From Felis catus (Eukaryota), in the NCBI RefSeq assembly GCF_018350175.1, contig NC_058368.1:55306001-55370000 (forward strand): a stretch of DNA of 64,000 nt, written 5' to 3'. The notes beneath the pieces were generated by a model, which was not told the origin of the DNA, ran no database searches, and was given only the letters and a program-made list of their open reading frames with translations. How positions within the stretch are numbered: position 1 is the stretch's first letter; the number at the start of each line of letters is the position of its first letter. The position numbers and the translations under genes were made by a program. This document shows, one piece after another, positions 1 through 12,421 of the stretch.

Positions 1-910
1 TTTCAGTCTCATTATGGTAAGGTCACACTGATCTACCCATACAAGGTAGATCTTAAGCCTTCAAGAAAATGAAGGCAATGGTCCAGCCCTGGAATTCAAC
101 ATTCTTGACCTTCTGCATTAATGCAAAATACCACTAGTTGCATATTATCAGATGTAAACAAAAACTGTGATAAAATCTAGGCGATATGAATAAGAACCAT
201 AATTTCCCCACAGAGTTCTTTAGGAAGAGCTTGACAATTCTGTAAGGAGCAGAGTGTATTTCTTTTGAAACATACACACATAAATTTTCTTCTTATAATT
301 TTCAACAGTACATCTGGGATGAAAGTAAACATAATTCAGTTGCTCCTTAACAGTACTGTAATTCTATTTCATTCGAGACAGAGATGCAAAATATATTTGA
401 TGTTTCCTAATCATACTTTTCATAGGAAATACAAATCTTTCACTTAATGAAAAAAATGCCAAAGTAATAATATTACAGAATTTTGATACTGTATAATATG
501 CTCATAACTTGCTAAATTAGAATTATTTGTTATTCATGTGTTTTCATGGAAATAAGATGAACTCTAACTGAAAAAAGCATGTGCTTAATTTGTTGCAAGG
601 ATATTGTAGGTGACAAATTGTAACTAAAATTTCTGAAATGTTCATAGTATAAAATAAAAAGTCTCCAATATTTATTTTGTTCTATATGTGTCAACATGAT
701 TTTATCTTGTAAACTTGAGAGATTAACATTGTTGTTTAGTTGAAATTAAATTACACTTAAAATGAAAATCTGTGAAGTTTAAATTAGCTATAGTAGTTGC
801 AATGTTTATTCAAAAGTGGCTGGAGAGAGCTCTGTTTTCCACTATAGAGAATTATTACCTTTTATTTGACAAACTTCCTTCTGAAAAAAGCCAAGATATT
901 AACCACATAT

Positions 911-912
<2 letters not shown>

Positions 913-951
<39 letters not shown>
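913..951. repeat. (CA)n microsatellite
   Basis: Direct reading of an AC dinucleotide run. Confidence 0.97.
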
Positions 952-954
<3 letters not shown>

Positions 955-955
955 C

Positions 956-1665
956 ACATGGTCCCTGATTTACAACAGTTCACTTAAGATTTATTTTTAA
1001 GTTTATTTATTTATTTTGAGAGAGAGAAAGAGAGAGGGGGGTGGGGAATGAGCAGGGGAGGGGGAGAGAGAAAGAGAGAGAATCCCAAGCAAGCTCTGCA
1101 CTGTCAGCAAGGAGCCTGACACGGGGCTCAAACAAAGAGTCAGATCATGACCTGAGCTGAAACCAAGAGTCAGATAGTTCGATGGAACCACCCAGGTACC
1201 TCTGACATATGAGTTTTTAACTTACAATCCTAAAAAACCGACACACATTCAATAGAAACCATACTTTTAATATTGAATTTTGTCTTTCCCTGGACTAGCA
1301 ATATGTGGTAAATATTCTCTCATGATACCTGGCAGCAGCAGGAAACCACAGCTTCCAGTCAGTCACATGAGCGTAAACAACCCATATACTTAACAACCAT
1401 TCTGTATGCATACAGCCAAGCTGGTTTTCACTTTGAGTACAGTGTTCAATAAATTACACAAGATCTTCAACACTATATTATAAAACAGGCTTTGTGTTAG
1501 ATGATGTTGCGCAGCTATAGGTTAATGTAATTGTTCTGAGCACATTTAAATTAGGTTGGGCTAAGCTATAATGTTCCATAGAGTAAATGCATTTCTGACT
1601 TATGATATTTTCAATTTACACTGTGTTTATTGGGACATAACCTCATCATAAGTCAAATATTATCT
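956..1665 (+). mobile_element. MER47-like (Tigger/TcMar) non-autonomous DNA transposon, interrupted by a SINE
   Basis: Start cacatggtccctgatttac, internal cattcaatagaaaccatact, tattataaaacaggctttgtgttagatgat and ttctgagcacatttaa, and end gggacataacctcatcataagtc resemble the recalled MER47A/B consensus. Confidence 0.8.
990..1201 (-). mobile_element. CanSINE (SINEC, feliform) inserted in MER47
   Basis: T-rich tail, (GA)n stretch, gatcatgacctgagctgaaaccaagagtc, and ccacccaggtacc head on the minus strand. Confidence 0.93.
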
Positions 1666-1698
1666 ATCTATCATCCATCTATCTATCATCTATCTATC

Positions 1699-1745
<47 letters not shown>
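1661..1745. repeat. (TATC)n tetranucleotide microsatellite
   Basis: Direct reading. Confidence 0.96.
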
Positions 1746-1881
1746 CTTGAAGTTATTTAGAGATACAAACAAACTTTGACAGATTTGGGAATGAAATTAT
1801 GAAGAGATAAGCATTAAATTTAAAGCCACCTTTTATCTTAAAGCAAATCAAAAGTGGTGGTTAAGAATCTGTGGAACTGAT

Positions 1882-2121
1882 GGGGCGCCTGGGTGGCTCA
1901 GTCGGTTGAGCGTCCGACTTCGGCTCAGGTCATGATCTCGCAGTCCATGAGTTTGAGTTCCACCACGGGCTCTGTGCTGACAGCTCAGAGCCTGGAGCCG
2001 GCTTCAGATTCTGTGTCTCCCTCTCTCTGCCCCTCCCCCCATTCATGCTCTGTCTCTCTCTCCCTCTCTTTCCATCTCTGTCAAAAATAAATTTTAAAAA
2101 AACATCAAAAAAATTTTTAAA
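1882..2121 (+). mobile_element. CanSINE SINEC_Fc-like, full length
   Basis: Head ggggcgcctgggtggctcagtcggttgagcgtccgacttcggctcagg, CT tract and A tail; perfect 19-bp TSD aagaatctgtggaactgat at 1863-1881 and 2122-2140. Confidence 0.97.
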
Positions 2122-2854
2122 AAGAATCTGTGGAACTGATTACAGCATTTTGCAGTTGCACTCTATAGCAGTGATGAAAATTGAAGTTCTTGTCATATCA
2201 ACATAAAGAATCCATAGGCTACACCATAGGCTTTCAGTTGAAATATGCAGAGCTAATAACTAGAAATAATGGCAACTGGAAAGAAATCAGGTCGTATAAA
2301 TAATGATCTCAGACTCAAATTAGTCTCTGATTGGATTATTGTTATTTTCCCCTCAGACTAAATTGCCCTGTGATTCTGAGAAAATAAGGAAAGCACTCAG
2401 CAATCTCAAAAGGTTCAGGTGACAAAAATTTGGGTTCAAGAAAATTATGCTTTCAGCCATGACAAAAAAGCCAGTATTGAATGAGCAGTCCAACCCAAAT
2501 AATTATAAAATCTGAATTAAATTATGAAAAACCTGAGAGTCTCAGAGAAAAACCAAGCCATTTATGACTTAAGTGTCTAAAAATCCCAGAAAGAAGAGTG
2601 GAGTACCACAATGACTTCCACATCCTACTTCACGTTTTCATCAAGGTTTTTGCCAATGTGTGGTTCAGAGAACAGGGATCAATGAGGAAATAGTAACTGA
2701 GACCTGCAACAATCTGAGGGGGAGTTGAAAAAAATAGTTGGAGGTCAGAGCTCCCAAAGCAACTAGGACTTGAAGTGGTCTCTAGAAAAGTGTGACTAAA
2801 ATTTCAAGTGCAATTTCATTTTCAGGACTTTCTTGACTCCTGTGTTAGGGAGGT

Positions 2855-3135
2855 ATAAAATAAGATAAAAGGATAGAAGGAGGAAAACCATAAGAGACTC
2901 TTAAATACAGAGAACAAACTGAGGGTTGCTGGAGGGGTGTTGGGTGTGGGGATGGTTTAAATGGATGACGGGCATTAAGGAGGACACTTGTTGAGAGGAA
3001 CACTGGGTATAAGTGATGAATCACTAAATTCTACCTCTTGAAATAATTATACTATATGTTAACTAACTTGGATTTAAATAAAATCTAAAAATAAAAAATA
3101 AATAAATAAATTAAATTAAATTAAATTAAAAAGAA
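2855..3135 (+). mobile_element. L1 3' end (carnivore L1), heavily 5'-truncated
   Basis: ccataagagactcttaaatacagagaacaaactgagggttgctgg ... gatgaatcactaaattctac followed by an A-rich tail. Confidence 0.9.
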
Positions 3136-3469
3136 AAGAAGTAAACAAAAACATCTTGGAGGCTAAAAGCTGAGCACAGATTTCAGCAATTTTGACATTC
3201 TGAAAAAGCAGAATTTAGAGCTCTAAATTTAGAATTTAGAGATGGCAATTTCCAGGATCTCTGGTAATTCTAGAAACTTTCTTTCAGATGAGAATATAGA
3301 AGGGCTGCAGAAGATCAGAGATTTCTAGAGGTAGGAAATAAATTGGCCAATACAAGTCAATTTTAACAAATCATAAAACACTACATTCAATCTCATCATG
3401 ATGATTTTCCAAGATTCTATCATCTACTAAAACCTAAGAATTAATAACTGTTTATACGCAAAATACAGC

Positions 3470-5220
3470 AGTCAATTAAAACTCACCAGGAACGCCAAAA
3501 GAGAAGACCGAATGATGGAAAACAGAAGACATAGACAATAAAACTAAGAAAAAAGAGCAACAAACAAAAACAACCAAGGCCATCTAAATATTGGATATAT
3601 CAGGGAGTCTCTTAAAAAGTTGAGAAACGTGTTCAAGGAAATAAGTGAATTGAGAAGCTTATAAGATAATGAAAAGGGACATGAAAGAGTCACATAGAAA
3701 ATTCAGAATAGAAAATACAAGTAAAATTAAGAATGGGGGCTACTAGGTGAGGAGGTAGGAAAAACGGGGAAATGTTTATCAAAGGGTACAAAGTTGCAAT
3801 TATGTAGGATTAATAAGTCTACAGATCTAACATAAAGCATTGGAGACTATAATTAATAAAACTATGTTGAATATAAAACATTTAGTAAGAGAGTGGATTT
3901 CATCACATGCAAGAAATTAGTAACCATGTGAGAGAAAGACATATTAATTAGCTTGACTGTAGTAATCACTTCATTTTGTATATGTATATTAAATCATCAT
4001 GTTGTACACATTAAATTTATGCAATTTTATTGTTCATTAAAAAACTAATGTATTGATTTAATAACAGATTTTTCATAATAGAAGAAAGGATTAGAAAAAC
4101 TAAAGACAGTCATTAGAATATATGAAAACTGAAATATATAAAAGAAGCAAAATGCAGGAAAAAAAATAGATATTTGATATACAGTGTTAACAAAGGTTTA
4201 ATGTACATATAACTAGAATCCTACTGGGTGAGGGCATAGAATGGCTTAATAGCAATTTTACAAAAAAATATGTGAAAATATCTTGAAAATGATGAAAATA
4301 ATAAAACATTAATTTTCAAAGCTCAGTGAAACCTAAAAAAAAATGAAGAAAATTACACCAGAGCATTGATAAAATTGAAGGAATAAAAAAATAGAGCAAA
4401 AATAACATTGACAACTTAGATTAATGGCAGAAATGACAGAAACCAAGAGAAAAATAAAATTATACCTTTAAAGTTCAGAAAAGCAACAACAACAGAAAAC
4501 TTAACAGCTTGAAATCTATAGCCAAGAAAAAGATTCTTTAAAATAAAAGTTTGGATTTTATACAAACTAAAAATAATAGAAATTATTCCCAGGAGATTTT
4601 CATCAAATATAAAAATCAAACCTATTTTATTTTCAAAGAGAAAGAGAATGATCACATATGGAAATACAGTAATTCAAGAAAGAACAAAGAACACCATGAG
4701 GTGCAATTGTGTAATTCTAAATAAATATTGACTGTTTAAATCAATAACAATGTTTATTTATAGACAACACCTATACAGAATTTAATTACATGACAATAAT
4801 ACAGCAAAATATAATAGGTATTAATTGCCTACCATGTATTGGAAGGACTTTGCATTATGGAAAAAAGAAACATAATTCTAAGAAAGATTTTCACAAGTCC
4901 TATATGAGCATTGTGATTCTAGAACAAATAAAAAGAATTAAATGAATATGTAATGAACAAGCAAATGAAAGGAGAGGTTAATGAGAAAAAACATGCTGGA
5001 TTCATTTATAAGAAGAGAAGAAGAAAAAGAAAACAGAACAGGTAAGAGAAATGGTAAGATAATGGACAAACGCAAATATAACAGCCAGTTCAGTATAGTG
5101 AATTGGCTAAATAAATACTCCAACTGAAAAAGTTTTAGAAAAGAGGAAATAAATAAAAACAAAACCTTTACACTGCTTTAAAAGACCCTAAATATAAGTG
5201 CCACAAAGAGTAGATATAAA
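3470..5220 (+). mobile_element. Ancient L1M (ORF1 to ORF2-start region), highly decayed
   Basis: A-rich sequence with ORF1-like motifs (gaagaaaggattagaaaaactaaagacag, aaagctcagtgaaacc, tatagccaagaaaaagattctttaaaa). No intact ORF. Confidence 0.55.
3735..4045 (+). mobile_element. L1MA/L1MB-type 3' end nested in the older L1
   Basis: ggggaaatgtttatcaaagggtacaaagttgcaattatg ... attaattagcttgactgtagtaatcacttc ... tcatcatgttgtacac, typical of old L1 3' UTRs. Confidence 0.75.
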
Positions 5221-5244
5221 AGAGGCCGGTGTCTGAAATATCTC

Positions 5245-5480
5245 TGTCAAGGAGTTCAAATTCTTACCTCCCAAATACAGTTGATAACACATACTTAAAA
5301 GAAGACTGTAACTTCTCCTGCCTTTCATCCCAAGATTAATACCCCTGAAAAATGACCTGGGGCAGTATTATAAAAGCACCAGTCCTGTAATCCTAGTTGT
5401 TTTCCAAAAAAAATCCCTTACTAAAGACTCACATTGTTAAAGATATTGGAGTCAAGTTCATATTTAAATACCCTTCTTCA
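5245..5480 (+). mobile_element. Possible short LTR fragment
   Basis: TG...CA-bounded ~235-bp segment with tataaaag and an actaaa poly(A)-like signal. No TSD found and family not recognised. Confidence 0.25.
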
Positions 5481-5683
5481 TGAATTCAAAACTGATGCCT
5501 ATTGTCTCATCTGAACCTATTATGTCAACATTGGTTAAGTCTCACAATAGAGTTGATGGTAAGTTTAATCAGGTAGAGGAAAAGTTTAAAAGCTGAAATT
5601 TTCTTAGGGCGTCCATTATTTTATAGGATTACTTTCAACATGTGGCTTTTATTGTAGTAATTCTTTAAAACCACTTTTATTTT

Positions 5684-5897
5684 GGGGCACCTGGGTGGCT
5701 CAGTCAGTTAAATGGCCAACTCTTGATTTCGGCTCAGGTTATGATCTCTTGGTTCATGAGATTGAGCCCCACATCAGGCTCTGCAATGACAGTGCAGAGC
5801 CTACATGGGATTCTCTCTCCCCCTCTCTCTCTGCCCCTCACCTACTTGCACTCTCTCTAAATACATAAATAAACATTAAAAAAATATATTTAAAAAA
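5684..5897 (+). mobile_element. CanSINE (older SINEC subfamily)
   Basis: Head ggggcacctgggtggctcagtcagttaa; degenerate TSD aaaaccactt(t/g)tatttt. Confidence 0.94.
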
Positions 5898-7920
5898 CCC
5901 ACTTGTATTTTTTGTGATTTTTGTTTCTGTATCTATTCCTATACCCTATTTAATTAGGCACAAGTAAGCTGCATATCTCACAATATGTTGACTCAGTATA
6001 CATAAAACTTATCTTATGCAGATTAAAAATATAAATGATATATTAATCAGAGTTATCAAGTTAAAGGTTATGACTAATAATTATAAACCTCCTTAAAAAA
6101 GATGTTAAAGATCATGTATGGGTTAAACGAGTATTTATGAATTATTCAACATAAGATCAAATAAAGAAAAAAAAGAAAAATAGAAGTAGAATATATGAAA
6201 TACTGTGAACACAGCCTCTTTCTTACACATTTTTCTCATTTTTGCCATTGAGTGGGTGTGCTATCAAAATTTAGGGCCACAAGTACTAGGTCTACAATTT
6301 GAGGAAGGTGCTTACCCTTTATTCTCTTAGTTTCTACATTTCTACATTTAGAAAAGTAACACATCACTTACTTATGAAGGGTATATAAAAGAGTATTTTT
6401 AATCTGAACAAAATGCCTGCCATATAGTATGTGCTGCAAAAGTTGTGCTCTCTCTCTCCATACTCCTCCTGCTACTATTACTGTAATTAGGTAACTATCT
6501 CTGAGCCATTTGAAGTGTGGATAATGTCTTATTCTTTTGTGATTTTTCAAGAAAATACTGGGCCTTAAAATCAAGTGAATAATCAAGCACTAGAAAAGAG
6601 AAATGAATACAATAATTGAAGACTGAAGCATTCTTCTTGAAACAGAGATGTACTGATATGATTCAAAGTATACAAATTCTATTTGTTTCTTTTAAAGGAC
6701 ATAAAATTTATAGACAGTTCTTTTGGAGTAGGTTAATTGTAAACAATCCAGTGCAAGTTAATTTTTATAATCCTACAAATTTCAAAAGCCTGGAATATAA
6801 AGAGAAAATGATGGAAACGAAAAAATTCTGATTGCTTTCTATGAACTTGTAGCTGTAAAACAGTCAAATAAATTCCTTTTATATCCCGTGTAACTCCAGC
6901 CTCTTTGTCAGTACACATCTATCAATTTAACCACAAATATAATAGTTATTGTCAATTATGAATTTAATAAATGTTAATTTACCATGGATATATTATTCTT
7001 TTCCCCTGCTTTGTTGTGACTAATATACTATTATCTAGCTACACATATAGGTAAACTAGAAGTTTCTTGACATAAAATACCTTTTAATAATTTTTCCTTG
7101 TTTCTTCTCTAGATGTTACTATTATTCCTACACATTATAAAAAATGTTTTAAGAAAATTTCTAAAATATTAATGAATAAGCCTAAAACATATAATCATGT
7201 AAGCCACTCGAAATTAATTTTGTATACAATAAACTAAAAATGGCATTCTCTTTAAGAATCAAGTAATGTGCTCATTTATTTACTGATATGCTATGAAAAT
7301 GAATTACTACATGTTTATTTTTTGTATTATTGCACTTAACTTTAAATGTCCTAGCTTAAGGTAAATAATACTAAACAGTGAATTACTATATCAAATATAT
7401 GTTTAATATAGATGTGTATTAATTAAAATTCCTTAAATTTTTTTTCAGTTTCATTTTTTTAAAATTCCAATTAGTTAACATACAGAGTAATATTAATTTT
7501 AGGTGTAGAATTTAGTGATTCATCACTTCCATACAACACTTGGTGCTCATCACAAGTGCCCTGCTTAATGCCTATCACTATTTAACCCATCCCCCACCCT
7601 CCCATATCCCCTCCAGCAACCTGCAGTTTGTGCTCTATAGTTATGAGTCTATTTTTGGTTTGTCTCCCTCTCTCCTTTTCTTCCATTTTTTGTTTGTTGT
7701 GTTTCTGAAATTTCACATATGAATGAAATCATATGGTATTTTTCTTTCTCTGACTGACACATTTCACTTAACATTATACCCACAAGTCCATTCATGTCAT
7801 TGCAATCGGCAAGATTTCATTCTATGTATACATATATATGGAATATAGTACAACCATAGATACTACATACTACATTACACACACACACATACACACACAC
7901 ACACACATATATACACAAAA

Positions 7921-8179
7921 TACAAAAACATTAATTCAAATAGATACATGCACCCTTATGTTTATGGCAGCATTATTTACAATAGCCAAGATATGGCAAC
8001 AGCCAAAGGATCCATTGATTGATGAGTGGATAAAGAAAATGTAGTATTTATACATATATATGTATATATATATATATACATATATATGTATATGTATGCA
8101 CACACATATATATACACATATATGTGTATATATCTGCTATATGTGTATATATGTGTGTGTGTGTGTGTATACACATATA

Positions 8180-8220
<41 letters not shown>

Positions 8221-8349
8221 AAATACTACATTTTCTTTATCCACTCATCAGTCAATGGATCCTTTGGCTGTTGCCATATCTTGGCTATTGTAAATAATGC
8301 TGCCATAAACATAAGGGTGTATGTATCTATTTGAATTAGTGTTTTTGTA
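7921..8349. repeat. Inverted duplication (arms 7921-8060 and 8210-8349) around a TA/TG microsatellite
   Basis: The arms are reverse complements with 3 mismatches by eye. Confidence 0.93.
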
Positions 8350-9532
8350 CTTTTTCAGTAAATACTCAGTAGTGGGATGACTGGATCATAGGGTAGTTCT
8401 ATTTTTAACTTTTTGAGGAACCTCCATACTGTCTTACAGTGGCTGCACCAGTTTGTATTCGCACCAACAGTTCATGAGGGTTCTTTTTTCTCCATATCCT
8501 TGCCAACACTTTTTGTTTCTTGCATTTCTAATTGTAACCATTCAGAAGGGGTGAGGTCATATCTCACTACGGTTTTAATTTGTATTCCCCTGCTAATCAG
8601 TGATGTTGAGCATCTTTTCATGTGTCTGTTGGCTATCTGTGTCTTCTTTGGAGAAATGTCTATTTATGTCTTCTGCTCATTTTTAATTGTACTATTTGTT
8701 GTATTTTGGTGTTGAGTTGTAGGAGTTTGTTATATTTTTGACACTAACCCTTTATCAGATAAGTCATTTACAAATATCCTCTCCCATTCAGTAGGTTGTC
8801 TTTTAGTTTTGTTGGTTCTTTCCTTTGCTGTGAAGAAGCTCTCTATTTTGATGTAGTACCAATAGTTTTTTCACTTTTGTTTTTCTTGACTGATGAGACA
8901 TATGTAAAAAAAAATGTCATGGCCAATGTCAGAGAAATTACTTCCTGTGCTCTCTTCTAGGATTTTCATAGTTTCAGGATTCACATTTAAGGCCTTAATC
9001 CATTTTGAATTTATTTTTCTGTATAGTGTAAGAAAGTTGCCCAGTTTCATTCTTTGGCACGTAGCTGTCCAATTTCCCAACACCATTTATTGAAGAGACT
9101 GTGTTTTCCCAATTGCATATTCTTGCCTCTTTTGTCAATTGTGGGTTTATTTCTGGGATTTCTATCCTGTTCTGTTGAGCTATGTGTCTATTTTGTGCCA
9201 GTACCATACTGTTTTGATTACTATGGCTTTGTAGTATATCTTGAAATCTGGGATTATCATACCTTCAGGTTTGTTCTTTTTCAAGATTGCTTTGGCTATC
9301 CAGGGCCTTTTGTGGTTCCATAACAATTTTTGGATTTTTTGTTCCATGAAAAATGCTATTGATATTTTGCAAGTATTGCATTAAACCTGTAGATTGCTTT
9401 GGGTAGTATGGACATTTTAACAATGTCAGGTCTTCCAATCCATGAGCATGGAATATCTTTCCATTGTTTCTGTCGTCTTCAATTTCTCTCATCAATGTTG
9501 TATAGTTTTCGGAGTACAAGTCTTTCACCTCC

Positions 9533-9757
9533 TTCTTTTTTTAAATTTTTTTTTAACGTTTATTTATTTTTGAGACAGAGAGAGACAGAGCATGAACGGG
9601 GGAGGGGCAGAGAGAGAGGGAGACACAGAATCTGAAACAGGCTCCAGGCTCTGAGCAGTCAGCACAGAGCCCGACACAGGGCTTGAACTCACATACCGCG
9701 AGATCGTGACCCGAGCCAAAGTTGGACGCTTAACCGACTGAGCCACCCAGGCGCCCC
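9533..9757 (-). mobile_element. CanSINE SINEC_Fc-like in L1
   Basis: Ends gactgagccacccaggcgcccc; TSD gtctttcacctc on both sides. Confidence 0.96.
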
Positions 9758-9762
9758 GTCTT

Positions 9763-10071
9763 TCACCTCGTTAAGTTTATTCTTAGATATTTTATTATTT
9801 TTGGTGCAATTGGAAATGGGATCGATTCCTTAATTTCTCTTTCTGCTTCATTATTAGGGCATAGAAATGCAGTTGATTTCTGTACATTGATTTTGTACCT
9901 TTTGACCTTACTGAATTCATTTATCCGTTCTTGTTTTTTTGTGGAGTCTTTAGAGTTTTTTATATGTAGAATCATGTCATCTGCAAGTAGTGAAAGTTTT
10001 TCTTCTTCCTTATCAATTTGGATGCCTTTTATACCTTTATCTTGTCTGATTGCTATGACTAGGGCTTTCAT
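9763..10071 (-). pseudogene. L1 ORF2 reverse transcriptase fragment
   Basis: [30 protein letters not shown]...[17 protein letters not shown] matches the L1 RT (F/Y)ADD region. Confidence 0.92.
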
Positions 10072-10700
10072 TACTATGATGAATAAAAGTGGTGAGAGTG
10101 GACATCCTTATCTCGTTTCTGACTTTAGGAGAGAAGCTCTCAGTTTTTCATCATTGAGGATGATGTTAGCTGTGGGTTTTTCATATGAGGCTTTTATTAT
10201 GTTGAGGTATGTTCCCTCTGAATCTGTTAGGGTTTTTATCATGAATGGATGCTGTTCCTTGTCAAATGCTTTTTCTGCATCATATGATTTTTATACTTTC
10301 TCCTATTAACATGACATATAATGTTGATTGATTTGAAAACATTGAATCACCCTTGTATCCCAGGAATAAATCTCACTTGATCATGGTGGATGATTTTTTT
10401 CGTGTATTGTTGGATTCAGCTTGATAATACTTTGTTGAGGAATTTTGCATCCATGTTCATCAGAGATATTGGCTTGTAGTTCTCTTTTTTGTGTGGTGTC
10501 TTTATCTGGTTTTGATAACCAAAACCAGCATTGAAGTAATGCTGAGGTAATGCTGAGGTAATGCTGGCCTCAAAATGAATTTAGAAGTTTTACTTCCTCT
10601 TCTACTTTTTGGAAAAGTTTGAGAAGTCAGTTCTTTAAATGTTTGGTAGAATTCACCTGTGAAGCCATCTGGTCCTGGACTTTTATTTGTTGGTAGTTTG

Positions 10701-10923
10701 TCTTTTCTTTTCTTTTCTTTTCTTTTCTTTTCTTTTCTTTTCTTTTCTTTTCTTTTCTTTTCAAGGGAGAGTGAGCAGAGGAAAGGGGCAAAGGGAGAGA
10801 GAGAATTTTAAGCACACTGAGCATGGAGCCTGACATGGGGCTCAATTCCACAATGCTGGGATCATGACCTAAGCTGAAATCAAGAGTCAGACACTCAACT
10901 GTCTGAGCCATCCAGGTGCTCCT
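10701..10923 (-). mobile_element. CanSINE with (TTTTC)n-expanded tail, in L1
   Basis: (cttttt)-type pentamer run followed by the SINE body and gagccatccaggtgctcc head. Confidence 0.92.
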
Positions 10924-12211
10924 ATTGGGAGTTTTTTGATTACTGTTTCAACTTCACTGCTGGTAATAGTTCTATTCAAATTTTCTATTTCTTCCTGATT
11001 CAGTTTTGGTAGATTATATGTTTCTGGGAATTTATGTATTTCTTCTAGATTGTCTAGTTTGTTGGCATATAATTTTTTATAATATTCTCTTACAAGATTT
11101 TATGTTTCTGTGGTGTCAGTGGTTATTTCTTCCCTTTTGTTTCTGATTTTATTTGCATTCTCTCTCTCTCTCTTTTTTTCTCTTTCTCTTTCTCTCACTC
11201 TTTTTATGAGTCTTGCTAGAAGTTAATCAATTTTGATGAACTTTCCAAAGCACCAGAACTTTCATTGATCTGTTCTATTGTTTGTTAGTTGCTATAACAT
11301 TTATTTCTTCTCTAAGTTTTATTGTTTCCTTCCTTTTGCTAGCTTTAGGATTCTTTTGTTCTTTTTCTAGTTCTTTTAGATATATATGAGGTTGTTTATT
11401 TGAGAATTTTCTTGCTTCTTGAGGAAGCCCTATATTGCCATAAACTTCCCTCTTAAAACCCAGATTCTGCACCATTACTTTTCATTTTCATTGTCACCAT
11501 GTATTTGTTTTAATTTCTTTTTTGATTTCTTTGTTGACCCATTCATTGTTTAGTAGCTTGTTATTTAACTTAAATTTATTTGTTGTCTTTCCAGACATTT
11601 TTTCTTCTGGTTGATTTACAATTTCATTGCACTGTGGTCAGAAAAGATACATGGTATAATGTGATCTTTCTGAATTTGTTGAGATTTGTTTTTTGGTCTA
11701 ATATGTAATCTATTCTGGAGAATATTCCATGTGCATTTGAAAAGAGTGTGTAATTTGCTGTTTTAGGATGGAATATTCTGAATATATCTGTTAGATCCAT
11801 CTGGTCCTCTGTGTCATTCAAAGCCACTGTTTCCTTGTTGATTTTCTGTTTGGATTATCTATCCATTGTTGTAAGTGGGGTGTTAAATCCTCCTTCCATT
11901 ATTGCATTACTATCAATTAGTTCCTATATGTTTGTTTTTAACTGCTTTATATATTTGGGTGCTTTCATTTTGGGTGATGGTTATTTACATTTGTCATACC
12001 TTCTTGTCATATTGTCCCCTTAATGATTATATAGTGTCCTTCTTTGTCTCCTGTCAGTCTTTGAAAGTTTATTTTGTCTAAGTATTGCTATCCCAGCTGT
12101 CTTTTCATATCCATTTACATTATAAATGTTTTTCCATCCCCTCACTTTCAATATGCGTGTCTTTAGGTTTGAAATGAGTCACTTGTGGGCAGCATATATA
12201 TGGGGTTTGTG

Positions 12212-12421
12212 TTTTTTTTTTTTTTACGTTTATTTATTGAGAGACAAAGAGAGAGCATGAGCAGGGGAGAGGTAGAGAGAGAAGGAGGCACAGAATCCAA
12301 AGTAGGCTCTGGGCTCCTAGCTGTCAGCACAGGGCCCAATGCGGGGCTCAAACTCACAAACCACGAGCTCATGACCTGAGCCGAAGTCGGACGCTCAACC
12401 GACTGAGCCGCCTAGGCACTC
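12212..12421 (-). mobile_element. CanSINE in L1
   Basis: Poly-T tail and gacctgagccgaagtcggacgctcaaccgactgagcc. Confidence 0.94.

Noticed and set aside
1893..2090. Recurrent MAQSV... small ORF family and possible tRNA genes
   Set aside because: These are read-throughs of tRNA-derived CanSINEs, with CT tracts, A tails and TSDs. They are neither genes nor tRNAs.
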